From: the human T2T-CHM13v2.0 reference genome, Homo sapiens
Strand: one strand, 5' to 3'
Length of the DNA stretch: 64,000 bases
Assembly (NCBI RefSeq): GCF_009914755.1
Contig: NC_060925.1
Made by a program: the position numbers and the translations under genes. Positions 47,258 through 62,344 of this stretch are shown piece after piece; the first letter of the stretch is position 1, and the number at the start of each line of letters is the position of its first letter. The notes beneath the pieces were generated by a model. That model saw nothing but the letters and a program-made list of their open reading frames with translations, was not told the origin of the DNA and made no database searches.

Positions 47258-48339
47258 ATATTTTATTTCTTATATTTTTTTCTCATCCGATTTTCAAGGC
47301 TTATTTGAATTTTTATTGTTCCTTTCAAAGTACAATTATAGTGATTCCAAATTATTGAGATGATTCTGAGACATGATATCATAGCTACTACTTATTAAAA
47401 ATTTACTCATGGTACTTGGTCATGTTTATAAACACAAATCATTTTAAGTGTTTCAGTAACAAAGGAAAAGATAGTTTTAGAACCACCCCATTATACACTT
47501 AGACCAATAATTTAGATTTTATCACATGATGATAATGAATTGATGTAAGTTTGATTTTGCCTGGAACTTGACAGATCTTTTAGTTACCACTTGGCATGTC
47601 TCTCAATCAACATTTTTATTCCAACACTTTTTCATATTGGTAAATCTCAGCAACTAATCTCATTATCTCTTTGCTTCTGCTTCTTATTTCAATCTCATTC
47701 TTTTATATTCCAATTTCAAAATTATGTGAGTAAAGATCATTTGGGCCTTGTAAAAACAGACTAATATTGTTCAGAATCCTCGGCTTTAGGGTGCATAGAC
47801 TGCCTCTTATGTATTAAATGGCTTGAGTCAAATGCCCACTTCTAATCCAATCAGTTGTGATTGCGAAGGTCATCATAAGGAATGCATCAGCCATCTGAAG
47901 AATTAACTGACACTAGAACATTGCATATAAATGAATTTCTTTATGAGGGTATGAGTGCTACTCAATGTCATCAATTTGGTAAGATATATCCTTAAATCTG
48001 GATATAAGCAACAGGAAGATGTATAAAAAATACTTAAACAGAAGGTACCATGGTATAGATAGCATCTAGGAAACTCATCAGTGCTTATCCATTAACAATT
48101 CCCAATAAGATGTTGCAATTGGTAGGCACAAATAATCCTGTCAATAACTTAACAAGATTTTATGGTGATTTTTTCCCCACAACCAAAGCCTATTCCATTT
48201 TTTCTTTTCATTCTTGGGAATCAACACCCTGATTACAGTTTACTTCTCAGCCATTTGACAGTCAGAAGATAATATCCTTGATAGCAGACACAGCTAACAC
48301 AGTCTTTGAAAATGTATGTTCATCTACCCAATTAAATTA

Positions 48340-48965
48340 TTTTTTGAGATAGATCATACACACAAAAACACATAAAATCATGTATAACTTATACAAGTAA
48401 TTATCAAGCAAATACCTGAGTAACAGTCATGCACAATAAGAAACAGATATTGCCAACACCTCAAGACACTCCTTTCTGCCCATCCCTAATCAGTGTTTCC
48501 TCTTATTTCTCTAGAAGTAAATGCTCTCCTGACTTTTGAATAAACATCGTATAGTTTTTTATTATTGTTTTACTGTTTAGCTGCATCTTTAAACAATATC
48601 CCTTATGTCTCTTTGTAGTATGTCTATATACATAAATATAGTTCATATATATATCAAAAATATATAAAGTTATAGTGTATTTACTCCTTTAATTTTTTTT
48701 ACTATGGTAAATAACTTGTGTTTAGGATAAATCCACAATGTGTGAAGGTGTTGTTAGTTCATTTTATTAATTTATATTATTTTCTAGCATTTTTATTCAT
48801 TATATTAATGTTCAAATTAGCTATACCAATTTTATATTACCACCAGCAGAGTATGAATGTTTCACATCTTTGCCAAAACTTGGGACAATCAGAGACTCAA
48901 ATGTTTATTTTATAAAATTATTAATCAAGTTACTGTATTGTATTGTTGCTTCAATTTCATGTTCC
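48340..48965 (-). mobile_element. L1ME-like 3' end fragment
   Basis: aagaaacagatattgccaacacctcaa; caatttta.att.ccaccagcagagtatga. Confidence 0.6.
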
Positions 48966-49034
48966 TGAAAATATTTCTCCTATTATCAGTCCTATACAAG
49001 TCAGTATGAGGTTTCTCTCCATATGTTGATTAAG

Positions 49035-49089
49035 AGGTTCAAGTGGCTAAGTTATTCTCTAGGGTATTGTCATTTTTTGTACCTGGTCT

Positions 49090-49124
<35 letters not shown>

Positions 49125-49317
49125 CAAAGAATATGTGCTGAAACTACCATACTTTCCAAAATTTAGGTCATAAGCGACATGCATTAATTTTGCTCATATT
49201 CCTTAGCTTAGACATGTTCAGAGCCACACCTAAATGCAGAAAATTTGGAGAATATAACCTGTGTTCCAGAAGGAAGACTAAATAGATTTTATGTGACTGG
49301 ATAGCAATTTTGCTATA
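49035..49317. mobile_element. MLT1J-like fragment containing an A31 run
   Basis: tgctcatattcc.tag; gccacacctaaatgca; tgtgttccagaaggaaga; A31 at 49092-49122. Confidence 0.55.
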
Positions 49318-49886
49318 ATTATGTCAAAACTATTTATTGTAAAAAGTTTGTTCTTTACCAGTGGCTAGCATTGCCTCTTCAGACTTATATAAAGTATTCA
49401 TAAATGCACAGGTCTGTCTCAGCATTCTTTTTATGTTCAATTTGTATTTTTCTCTATGCCTTGAGCCAAATTACATTATGCTATATATTATACTACAATT
49501 ATGGTGTGATAGCTACTAGGAGAAATTCTCCTATTAATAATTATGAATATATTCAGTAAGTTTTCCTATTCATAAATACAGTGCTGCATAAACTTACATA
49601 ATTTATATAATTTTGGGTAGATACTGCTAATATATATGTACAAAATAGGTTGAGATTTACTACAAAATCAATATCAGAAAATATCAAAATAATAAAAATA
49701 ATAAGGTTGTTGGTGTGGTGTTTCATTAACATTTCGGTCAAATATCTAACCATATTCAAATCTCTGTCTCTTTGTTCTTTGAGAGGGCTCTTCACACTAT
49801 TAATTGTCTTTTAAAAAAAATCTGTTAAGTCTCTGCTGTTACAAGACCAGCAGCCCAATAACAAAACAATACACTGAGACAGCAGG

Positions 49887-50010
49887 ATGTATTTGTCTAT
49901 TAGTCTTTTCTTACATTGTTATAAACATATTACTGGAGACTGGGTAATTTATAAAGGAATAAGGTTTATTGAAGATGAGATTTGGGTGGGGACACAGACA
50001 AACCACAGCA
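49887..50010 (-). mobile_element. Internally deleted MST/THE1 mini-LTR nested in MER39
   Basis: Both LTR termini (tattagtc..gagactgggtaatttataaag; gatgagatttgggtggggacacag..aaacca) fused; gcagg at 49882-49886 and 50011-50015. Confidence 0.85.
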
Positions 50011-50215
50011 GCAGGGTTTGAAGCAGAGTAAGAGTTTAACCATCCCAGGATGGCCATGCAAGGAGATGGGAGGAAACCCTCAAATTCATCTCCCCAAGGA
50101 GTTCTGGGCTGGGGCTTTTAAGGGGTTCCTGGATGGTGAGGAGCTGGAAAATTGGGATTTTTGTTGTTGATTGGTCAGTTTAAGGAGGATGAAATCATCA
50201 GGATGTGGAAACTAG

Positions 50216-50620
<405 letters not shown>

Positions 50621-51199
50621 TAAAAGAATATCTCAAATGGAAGACTTAATGTGTCATAATGTTCAAGTTGTTATCTCTAAGAGCAGTTAAGGGGAACTAT
50701 AATCTTCTGACAGTGTGTATGTGATTCAGGGGCACTAGGTAGCAAACAGCTATGAGGAAGCAGGTCAGAGAGCAAGATGACCCAATGATTAACGCTGAAT
50801 GTGCTGAAAGCTTGGTTTATTTTTGTTTCTCCCACTCTCCTTTTTCCTGATTAATTTTATACAGTTTACAAGAATGGTTTTACTTCTTTTATATTTTAAG
50901 ATCATTGCATTAAGTGAAATTTCATAGAAATATATACTATGCCTTGGATTTTTCATTTATTTTGATTTATTTTTTAAATGCAACATTCAATTAATTTACT
51001 TTTGCTATAATGAGAAATGTATTTATATTCTGTGTTATTTCTGTTATTTCTTCTGATCTATTTTACATTTGTTTTTCTCCCTTCTCTTGGGCTATTTTTC
51101 CTCAATTCTGTCTTTTTTCCTCTCTACTAACATGGAAGTTACATATTATATTTTTATTTCTTAGGATTATCCAAGAAATTAACAAATCTCACTCATCTA

Positions 51200-52270
51200 A
51201 CAATAAAAATTGTTCTATTCTTTTTTTAAATGTTTTTGTCAGGTTTTGATATCAAGGTTATTCTGGCCTCAATAAGCATGTTGGCACATATAATTTTTCC
51301 TATGTTTTCTTAAAGCCTTAGTGTAATAGTTTCTTAAATGTTTAAGAGTATTCAGCACCTAAAAATATCTGATTCTTGAGGTTTTGTTTGTTTTTATTTT
51401 TAAGGTAAGTTTTAACAAAATTTTTAAAATAAGTAACTGGATATGGGGCTATTTGGGTTTTTATTTATGTCTGCATTTGTAAAATGTTTTTTGAAAAATT
51501 TCTTGTTTTCATAAGTTGGTAAATTCATAGTACAAAATTGCTCATTGTATTCCCTTGAAGTCTTTTGAATTTCTGCAAAATATTTAATAATAATTCCATG
51601 AATTTTTAATATTGACAATTTCTCTTTTTATTTTGCTAGTGTTTTAAAATTTGTATTAACCTATTCAAAGAAACAAATTTTGAAATTGTTAATTTCTCTC
51701 ACTTTTTGCCTATTTTCTGTTTAGTTGATTCACACCATTACCTTTATTGTGTCCTTCCTTCTACTTATTTTGAGTTAAATTATCTCCTTTTCTTAAAGTA
51801 GAAACTTAGATAATTAATTTCAATGAATTTTCTTTTCTAATCTAGGTATTTAAAACTACAAATTTGCTTACATATCATGTATTCCTGGAATAAACTCTAC
51901 TTGGTAATAATATGTTATCTATTTTAAATATCATTAGATTTATTCTGTTAATATATTTTAGTACTAATCTATTTTCATGATAGATATAGACCCCTAGTGT
52001 TTTTTCCTTGTAATATCTTGTTAGTTTTTTTTACTTAAAGCTTCAACAATTCTGAGAGGATATTATGAACAAATTTGTGCTACCAAATTTGATAATTCAA
52101 AAAAACTAAATTTATTGATAAATGCATTCTACAAAAACTGGCATAAGAAAATAATCAAAATCTCCGCAAGCTTAATCCTATTAGAGGAAATAAATAGAAA
52201 ATTACAATCCTTCCAACAAATGAGATATGTAAGTAATGTATTCTAAACATTAAGAAAAAAATCATAACAA
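51200..52270. mobile_element. Old L1M ORF2 fragments (minus to ~52030, plus ~52040-52270)
   Basis: caggttttgatatcaaggttattctggcctc on minus; gatattatgaacaa..aaatttgataatt on plus. Confidence 0.6.
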
Positions 52271-52409
52271 TGTTTTACTTTAGTTGCTATTCATGGAACT
52301 TCATGTGATCCCTTAAGTTTATTGTTGACTAGAAAAGGTTGTTCGAAAGTAAAAATAACAGTTTTTTCCATAGCACTAAATCAAAATTTGTTCATTTCTC
52401 CCTTTTAAA

Positions 52410-54385
52410 AAAATATTTCCATAGGTTTTTAGGTAACAGGTGGTATTCAGTTACATGAGTTAGATTTTGGTGCACCCAAAGCCCGAGCAGTATACACTGA
52501 ACCCAATTTGTAGTCTTTTATTCCTCACCCTCTTCCCACTTTTGCCCCTGGATCTCCAAAGTCCATTGTATCATTCTTATGCCTTTATATCCTCATAGCT
52601 TAGCTCCCACTTATGACTGAGAACATATAATGTTTGGTTTTCCATTCCTGAATCACTTCACTTAGAATAATAGACTCCAACCCTATCCAGATTGCTGTGA
52701 ATGCCATTAAGTCATTTCTTTTTATGGCTGAGTAGTATTCCATCATATACATATACCACAGTTTCTTTATCCATTCATTGATTCATGGGCATTTGGCTGG
52801 TTCCACATTTTTGCAATTTCGAATTGTGCTGCTACAAAAATGCATTTGCAAGTACCTTTTTCATATAATGACTTATTTTCCCCTGGGTAGATACCCAGTA
52901 GTGGGACTGCTGGATCAAATGTTAGTTCTCCTTTTAGTTCTTCAAGGAATCTCCACACTCTTTTCCACAGTGGTTGTACTAGTTTACATTTCCACCAGCA
53001 GTGTAGAAGTGTTCCCTTTTCACCACATCCATGCCAATATCTATTTTTTTTTTATTTTTTGATTATGGCCATTCTTGTGAGAGTAACGTGGTATTCCATT
53101 GTGGTTTTGATTTGCATTTCCCTGATCTTTAGTGAAGTTGAACATTTTTTCATAGGTTTGTTGGCTATTTGTATACATTCTTTTGAGAATTGTCTATTCA
53201 TGTCCTTAGCCCACTTTTTGATGAGATTGTTTCTTTTTTTCCTGTTAATTTGTTTTAGTTTATTGTAGATTCTGGATATTAGTTCTTTGCTGTATGTATA
53301 GATTGTGAAAATTTTCTCCCACTCTGTGGATTGTCTGTTTACTCTGCTGACTGTTGTTTTGCCAGGCAAAAGCATTTTAGTTTAATGAAGTACCACATAT
53401 TTATCTTTGTTTTTATTGCATTTGCTTTTGGGTTTTTGGTCATGAAATCTTTGCCTAAGCCAATGTCTAGAAGTGTTTTTCCAATGTCATCTTCTAGAAT
53501 TGTTGTAGTTTCAGGTCTTAGATGTAAGTCCTTGATCCATCTTGAGTTGATTTTTGTATAAGATTAGAGATGAGAATCCAGTTTCTTTCTCCTACATATG
53601 ATCTGCCAATTATCCCAGCACCATTTGTTGAATATGGTCTCCTTTCCCCATTTTATGTTTTTGTTTGCTTTGTTGAAGGTCAGTTGGTGGTAAATATTTG
53701 GGTTTATTTCTGGGTTCTCTACTGTGTTCCATTGGTCTATGTGCCTATTTTTATTCCAGTACCACGCTGTTTTGGTGACTATAGCCTTATAGTATAGTTT
53801 GAAATCAGCTAATGTGATGCCTCCAAACTCGTTCTTTTTACTTAGCCTTACACTGGCCATCGGATTCTTTTTTTGTTCCATGTGAATTTTAGGATTGTTT
53901 TTTCTAGTTCAGTGAAGAATAATGGTGCTGTTTTGATGGGAATTGCATTGAAATTGTAGATTGCTCTTGGCACTATAATCATTTTTCACAATATTGATTC
54001 TACCAATCTGTGAGCATGGGATGTGTTTCTATTTGTTTGTGTCATCTATGATGTCTTTCAGAAGTGTTATGTAGTTTTCCTTGTAGAGGTCTTTCACCTC
54101 CTTGGTTAGGTATATTCCTAAGTGTTTTATTTTATTTTATTTTTTACAGCTATTGTAAACGGGGTTTTGTTCTTGATTTGATTATCAGGTTGGTCGCTGT
54201 TGGTGTATAGCAGATCTACTGATCTGTGTACATTCATTTTCTATCTGGAAACTTTGCTGAATTTGCTTATCAGTCCTAGGAGCTTTTTGGAGGAGTCTTT
54301 AGGATTTTCTAGGTGCACGATCATATCATCAGCAGACAGTGACAGTTTGACTTCCTTTTTATTGATTCACCTTTATTTCTTTCTA
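52410..54385 (-). mobile_element. L1PB1-like element, 5'-truncated, not inverted
   Basis: Antisense 3' end tttccataggtt..caggtggtatt..ttggtgcaccca; ORF2 relics ([23 protein letters not shown]). Confidence 0.93.
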
Positions 54386-55106
54386 TTTTGTTTTGTATTT
54401 TTCTGAGAGTCACCCTTATGACTTAGACTTCACTTAAAGGGTATTTTTAGTCCTGTGTAGAACTGGAACCTAGAATGCACTAGCAATCTAGAAGTTTCAT
54501 ATATCATTGTTTATGTACCTCAAAAACTGAGAAGAGGGGTAAAAGGAAGAAGTCCTCCCCTCCAATAGTCCAGCAGTGTATGTAGTGTTGTTCTTTCCAA
54601 CATAGGAAATATTAAGTGATAAAGTATTTTTTAAATACATGATTACACCAATTATCCATACATATGCTGGAATCCTTAGCATGATTTCAAGAAAGACTTA
54701 TGCCTCTATAACTCTTTTTGTAGCTACTTTTACCATAATAATTATAACTAATGTGTAACATCAAATCTCAACTGCTTCTACAAAGTATACTTGTGTACAC
54801 AGTAATTACAAATTAAACTAAACCTACCAAATGAGCACATGAAAAACTCATTATGTACTTAATTTTGCAAATGCTATTTAATCATTTTTCCATAAAACTA
54901 GGCAATATCTGTTGCTAAAAAACAAAACAGGGAAATTAAAATATGAAGTTATATACTTTCCAACAAGTAGAATTTCTAATTGTGATTGCCTAACATTTAG
55001 AAAAAGGTTATAGTCATTCGAAATAATTGTTTTCTGTCTCTTCATATCTTGGATGTCATCAGAAGATTTTAACTCTGTTTGCACTATTATCACTGTATTG
55101 CAAATA

Positions 55107-55413
55107 CAGTTTTATGCCACATAATAACAATTCAGCCAATGACAGACTTCATATGTGATAGTTTTCCCATAAGATTATAATACTGTATTTTTACTGTACT
55201 TTTGTGTTTAGATACACAAATACTTACCATTGTTTTACAATTGTCTACAGGATTCAGTAAAATAACATACTGTACAGGTTTGCAGCTTAAAGGAATAGGC
55301 CATATTATATAGTTTTGGTGTGTAGTCTATACCATCTAAGATTTTATAAGTATATACAATGGTGAAATTAATGTTTTCAAAAAGTAACTACGTTGTTAAG
55401 CCACACATGACTA
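55107..55413. mobile_element. Tigger3a-like DNA transposon
   Basis: TA-flanked; cccataagattataatactgtatttttactgtac, gtttagatacacaaatacttaccattgt, gttgttaagc.acacatgact. Confidence 0.85.
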
Positions 55414-55538
55414 TACTAGATTACCTAATTATCACCTCAATAAACTATATCAAACTCCATTAAGTTAGAGACCACTTTTTTGCTCACAATTAGGCCACCC
55501 TATCTTCCACCATTGTTTTGTTCAGTACTGACAAAAAG

Positions 55539-55964
55539 CATTATGGAATGAACTGCATCCCTTTAAAATATACATGTTTAAGCTCTAATCTCTAACACCT
55601 CAAAATGTGACTGTCTTTTACAATAGGGCCTTCAAAGAGGTGATTAATTCAAAATGAGGTTATTAAGGTGGGCCCAAATCCAATCTACTTGCTGTCCTTA
55701 TAAAAAAAAAAAGAAAGAAATTTGAGTACACAGAGAGATAACAGGGATGTGGACAGACAGAGGAAAGACTATGTAAGGACACAGAGAGAAGGTGGTCATC
55801 TACAAGCCAACAGAAGAGGTCTCAGAAAAACCAAACCTGTGGACACTGATTTCAGATACTGAGACCTTGAGTTAAGCCTCCAGAACTATGAGAAAATAAG
55901 TTTATGTTGTTTAAGCCACCTAGTCTGTGGTAGTTTATTATGACAACCCTAGCAAACTAATACA
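55539..55964 (+). mobile_element. MLT1B-like MaLR LTR
   Basis: aatgtgactgt..tagggccttcaaagagg..gcctccagaact.tgagaaaataa..ttaagccacc..gcaaactaataca. Confidence 0.88.
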
Positions 55965-56119
55965 GTGAGTTCTAAGTAAGAGTGTTGTATGCATGGGCAG
56001 TTGCAGACACAAAAGGAGCTAGTGAAGAGTGTCTTGAAAGCTTAGGAACCCTTTTCCAGCCGGTGAAATGGACCGAAGGCATTGGAGAGAGAGAAAACTG
56101 CTTCCAAAGGCAGTTAGAT

Positions 56120-56290
56120 TTTATTCACTTATTCAACAAATACTTAATTAACCTATTGTACAGTCTAGGGTGTTGTGATACAATGAGGCACAAAAACATA
56201 TATGGCTCCAGCTCTCATACAACTTATAATTTATGGAGAAAGGCATTTAGAAAAACATTAAGAAATAAATCATTGCAAAACTGTGTTCCT
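56120..56290 (-). mobile_element. L2 3' end fragment
   Basis: ttattcacttattcaacaaatactta..accta..; gctctcat..aacttata.t. Confidence 0.6.
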
Positions 56291-56615
56291 ATAAGCTGAA
56301 ATAAATGTAGAAAGCTAAATAAATAAATGCATATAACACAGAATTAATGCCTTCTCCTCAGCTGAGTTCTTAAAAAATTCTATTTTGTCTCTACTACTGA
56401 CTTATTATTTCTTACCTTAAAAAATTTATTGGTTGTCCTAGGATTTAAAATATACATCTTTAATAAGTCACTCTTTACTTATAAATAACATTATACTCTT
56501 GATTTGTAGAGTAAACTGCTCAGAACTGAATATACCAATTATTCCCTTCCATCCTTGTGGCACCGCGGTTATATATTTTACTGTAACAGATGCTTTAAAT
56601 ATATATTACATTGTG

Positions 56616-56903
<288 letters not shown>

Positions 56904-56989
56904 TTTTATATATATAACATTATGTTTATATATTATATCATATATGTTACAAAATCTCAATATTTTGCTTTATAAAGGGTTACTTTATA

Positions 56990-57136
56990 CCCTGGAGTTG
57001 TAGCATGCCTATAGTCTCAGCTACTCAGGAGGCAGAGCCCAGGAATTTGAAGCTGTAGTGAGCTGATTACACTGCTGTATTCCAGCCTAGGCAACAGAGC
57101 TATAGCCTGTTTCATAAAGTACAATAAAATAAAATA
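56990..57136 (+). mobile_element. Alu monomer (FLAM/FRAM or AluJ arm), degraded
   Basis: atgcctatagtctcagctactcaggaggc..gagcccagga.tttga.gctg.agtgagct..ccagcctaggcaacagagc. Confidence 0.8.
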
Positions 57137-60100
57137 GGTATTTTAGAGCAATTAAATTTTAAAAGAAACTGGATTTTATGCTTGTCTTTATTTACTTTAT
57201 ATCCATCAATTTTTCTTCTTTCTTGTATATCCAAGTTTCTGTCTGGCATCATCTTCTTTCTGCCTGAAGAAATTACCTAATGCCTCTGTAGCGCAGGTCT
57301 ACTGGCTAGTAAATCATCACAGGTTATGTGTGTGTGTAAGTAGCTATTTCTCCTTCACTTTGAAAACTAAGGGATATAGAATGTTTTCTGCAGGTTTGTT
57401 TTTGTTTTGTTTTGTTTCAGTGCTTCAAAGACACCAAACTACTGTGTCCTGGTTTGCATAATTTCAGATGAGATTTCTGTTGCAATTCTTCTCTTTGATC
57501 ATCTCAATGATTTGTATCTTTTTTTTGTAGCTGCCTGTATGTTTTATCATTTTCATTTATTTTCAACAGTTTGAATATGATAGGCCTATGTGTATGTCTA
57601 ATATCTTTCACTAGTTTTGGAAAAATTGCGGCCATTATTCTCTTAAATATTTCTTCTCCCCATTCTTCCTTTCTTTATTTTCTGGAATTCTAAGAATATG
57701 TTTATTAGACCATTTGATATTGTCCCACTGCCTTTGGATCCTCTGTTCTATTTTCTCACTTTTTTAAAAAAACCTATCTTCAAGCTCACTGAATCCTTAA
57801 ATTTTTCTGTTGAGTTTACAAAAGAGCCTGTTGAAGTCATTTCTGATATTTGTCACTACTTTTTATTTGTTTCTAGCATTCTCATTTGTTTCTTTCTTAT
57901 ATATTCCATTTCCCTGCTAAAATTACTCATCTAAAATTGCACAGTCCACTTTTTCTATTAAGACCTTTATTATAGGTATTATATGTATTTTAACGTTCTA
58001 CTTAGCCTTCCAACATCAGTGTCATATACCTGCTTGGTTCTGTTGATTATTTTTGTGTCTTGGCACAAACAGCTGGCAGTGTTTTTGTATTTCTTGTTTT
58101 TTATGAATCTTGTAATATTTTACTGAAGGAAGCCCAACATCTCATATATGACAGTAGAAACAGAACTAAATAACTTGCTTGTGGGACTTGTGGGGGGTGA
58201 GTTAGAAATAATCGCCATGCCTCTCCTTCTGATAGATCTTCTGCTAGTATGAGGCCAGGAGTTTCACTTGGTTAGGATTATATTTTTGCTATTGTTACCC
58301 TCAGCACAGCAGAGCTATCAAATTCTTCTAGTGATAACATATATACGTTAAGGGATGGTTTTATCATCTCTGCATCACTCTTAGCTTTAGATCCTTGCTG
58401 TGTGCCTTAGAAAGGTTTATTCTCCAGGGTTTTGTTCTTATGCTGGTCTTCTTCTAAGAGTTTATTCTGTTACCTGATACTCATTAATTTTTAATCTGGT
58501 GGCAGAGTGTAGAAGGGACATTCTCTGCTGTTCCTATTAAGCCTCAGTCAAAAGTAGACACTGTGTCCCTAGGTCTCACTAGTTTGGCCTGCTCAATGTC
58601 TTTACCTGCACTCCAACTGTAGCACTGTTCCACCTTATATTCTTCCTTCACCCACAGGGGTTCCTTCACCAGTTTTCGCCAATGCCATAAATGTCACAAT
58701 GTTCATTGTGCTCTCCCAAAGTTAATTCTATAGAGCAAGCAGTGAAGAAGTATCTGAATGCCTCCTCTCACGCTGTTGAAGCTTTGGTCTTTGGATTTGG
58801 AAACATCTCTTGTTGCACATTCATGTTGTGTTGTGGGCCATTCTTGTTTCTGTTGCTATTTTCAGATCCTCCCTTCAATAAACTGCTATCCTGCTGCCCG
58901 TCCTTTCTTTGCTGCTTCTCTGGTATTGAATTCCACCTACTGTTTTTCCAACTCAAGTAGAAGATTCCTTTTCTAATGATATTATCTCAGATGGAAAAAA
59001 AATCCAATTTTTAGAACATGAATTATTGTTAATAAATGTGATTTATATTTGATTTATATTTATCACATCAGACATCAGGCTCTGTTTTATTCTACTCTCA
59101 TGTGCACAGTTACAAACCTCAATTTTGTCAATAATTTTAACATCTGCAGCTACCTGTATGTTTTAAAAATAAGTATTTTTAAATTACAACTTTGACTCTC
59201 AAGATATTGACGTCTGCGGTTGCCCCCCCCTTTTTTTTTTTAATTTGAAGTCTAACCCATCTGTTCTTCAACTGGCTCCAGAGTTTGCAGAACATGATGA
59301 TACCCTAGTACTTTGAAAATGAAGGAAAAGAAATCTTACTCTTCCTCCCACCAAAATCATTTTTCTCTACTAATTAAAACATCTGGTGTAATAGAGTCAT
59401 CAAATACTTAATAAACAAATTGCAAATTTTGTATAAAACTCTCCTCTACCTGCCTCAGTTTGAAGTACACTCTATTTTAATTCATACCTATTTTCTACAT
59501 TGCAATAGTTTTTCCTTAAAGTCATTGCTCATTGTTGTATCACTAGCCATTTTACTGTTTTACAGTATCCTTATGTTTAATGATATTACCTCAATTTTTC
59601 ACAAGCCAATTTTCCCAAATCAGAGTATTAGAAAACTTTAAAAGGAAAAATTTAGAATAATAAAAATTATGTCATATAAAATTTTAAATTCATCCCAAAA
59701 GTTTGTATAAAACAACCTTTATGTGACTTACAAGTGGTCCTGTTCCTTATACAAACTCATATAAAAGCCCAATCAGATTTAGCATGTTACAATTCTGCAA
59801 GCACTTCATTTGGTGTAAAACGTCAAAATTTGAATGAAATGAAATATGGTTGGCTGACAACCTTCAATTTTGCGTCTTTGTAATGGAAGGATCACCATAT
59901 AGATAAAAGACTATGATCATTCATAAAAAGATTAGTTATTAGAAAACAATCACATTTAACAAAATTGTTTTTCCCTACTCCATTTTAAAAGATTTTTTGT
60001 ATACTATAATTTTCTTAGTTACGCAACATATCTCCATCATCTTACTAAAAATATTGACATATATACAGTTTCTCAAACAGTAAATATAGCAAATTTCAAC

Positions 60101-60236
60101 TGTAAATCCATAAAGTCATCTTTTTGTTAGAAAATGTGGAAGGTAGTCTATTTGGATCTCAGTAATTCAGAAGCCTCAGGAGCTGTGATCTTGTGATGAA
60201 AATATGAATGAAAAATTGATTTCAATGCTTTTAACA

Positions 60237-60515
60237 TTTTTTTGGTTTTTAACTGATACATCGTAGTTGTACATATTTTTGGATATATGTGACATTTTGA
60301 TACATGTGTAAAATGTATAATGAGAAAATTGAGGGTTGGGATATCCATCATCTCAAATATTTATCTTTCCTTTGTGTTGGGAATATTACAATTTTTCTCT
60401 TCTAGCTATTTTGAAATGTGCAGTAAATTATTTTTAACTATAATTTTATTACTATACTATCAAATACTAAAATTCATTTTTTCTATTAAACATTTTTTAT
60501 ATCCAGTAATCATCT
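60237..60515 (-). mobile_element. L1MA 3' end
   Basis: ttgtacatatt..gggatatccatca.ctcaaatatttatc.tt..tttgtgttgggaa..tctagctattttgaaat. Confidence 0.8.
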
Positions 60516-60759
60516 TTTCTTTCAGCATTAAGGGAAAACTGCTTGATAATCATTGTTCAGATATTGTTCACATTATATTGACCTGCCAATATTTTCTTCT
60601 CCTCTTTAGTGGATCACTACTCCTTCTTAACAAATCATCTATTGCTATTTTATGCTATAAAAGAAAAGTGATTTAAAATAAGCCATTTAATGCAAATACT
60701 TTAATTTTATCAGCCTGAATTCTCAGCAATTGAATTTCTAAGATGACTCATCCTAGATC

Positions 60760-61287
60760 TCATTATCACAAACTGAGCAGCTTAAATTAACATACATTTA
60801 CTACCTCACAATGCCAGTGATTCAGAAGTCTAAGCATAACTTAACTAGATCTTCCGCTTAGGGTCTCATGTGCTGCAATTAAGGTGATAAGTAGACTGCA
60901 TCCTTATCTGGAGGACTGACTAGGAAGACTCTACTTTCAAGTTCATTCAAATTGGAAGAATTCATTTCCTTGCAGTTCTATGAGTGTAGTCCTGTCTCAT
61001 AAGCAGTTCACTACATACTTGTTTGCTTCTTAAAGAGCAGCAGAAGAATCTCTTGCTTGCCAGTCTGCTAAAATGAAATTTTATATAATATAACATAATC
61101 ATGGGAGACACATCTTACCATCTTTGCCATATAAAGTGTCCAATCAAGTGAGTGATATCCTATTACTTTTGCCATATTGTAACATTTACAAGCAAAACAG
61201 AGGCTGCTGCCACACACAAAGGATGGGATTACACTTACATAACACCAGGGGTGAAGGTAAAGGGGACTCAGAATTCTCACTGCCACA
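60760..61287 (-). mobile_element. MLT1E-like MaLR LTR
   Basis: cacaaact.agcagcttaaa; gctgcaat.aaggtg; gaattcatttccttgcagtt; duplicated tttgccatat; ends ctgccaca. Confidence 0.8.
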
Positions 61288-62028
61288 TTTCTCTATTGTT
61301 CCATAAATTTATTCTATATAGGTCAGATCCACCTACCAATTTTTAGGATGAATATAAAAAATATATTATCTTATATTGCACTAGTAGAAAAGCTATGCTT
61401 CCAGCTTAAATAACCCATGAAATTTCTAAATTCATGTGTTGCCCCATTTTATCTCAGTACAGGTTCATAAACTATGAAGCCTAAAGGCCAAAGCCTTTCT
61501 CTACAAGAAAATCAGTTTAGCAAGGCTATTTTTTTTTTAAGTTCTAACTTTTAAACTTTAACTTATAGCAAGTCTCTTTCTTGGCCAATTTTCCATAAGA
61601 GTTTAATGAAGAAAAAACTTTTACAATAGAATCCCCTCCATTACTGAAAAGGGCATTTATTTGATTCCCCTTGGTTTAAAGTACCTAGAGAGGAATTCTT
61701 TCCAGTGATTTATGTTATCTTGGAAGGCAGAACTACTTTGGTAGAAGTGTCATTTTGCTTTCCTAATTTCTCCTTTATCCTCTTTACTCTATCCACACTG
61801 AATCTCTCAACTGAGGAAGAGAAGCAGGAACCAGGTCATCTTCCAGGGATTTTTTACCTTAATGATTGTACATTCTTGGCTAATGTATTTAACTATCAGC
61901 ATTTTCTTATGTCATAATATGTAAGATTGGTTGTGGTAATCAAGAGAGGGGTCTACCTCCAGTCTCTATCACCCCAGTAAGACTTACAATTACTCTGTCC
62001 ATTAACAGCAGAGCAAAACAAGGCCTTT

Positions 62029-62344
<316 letters not shown>

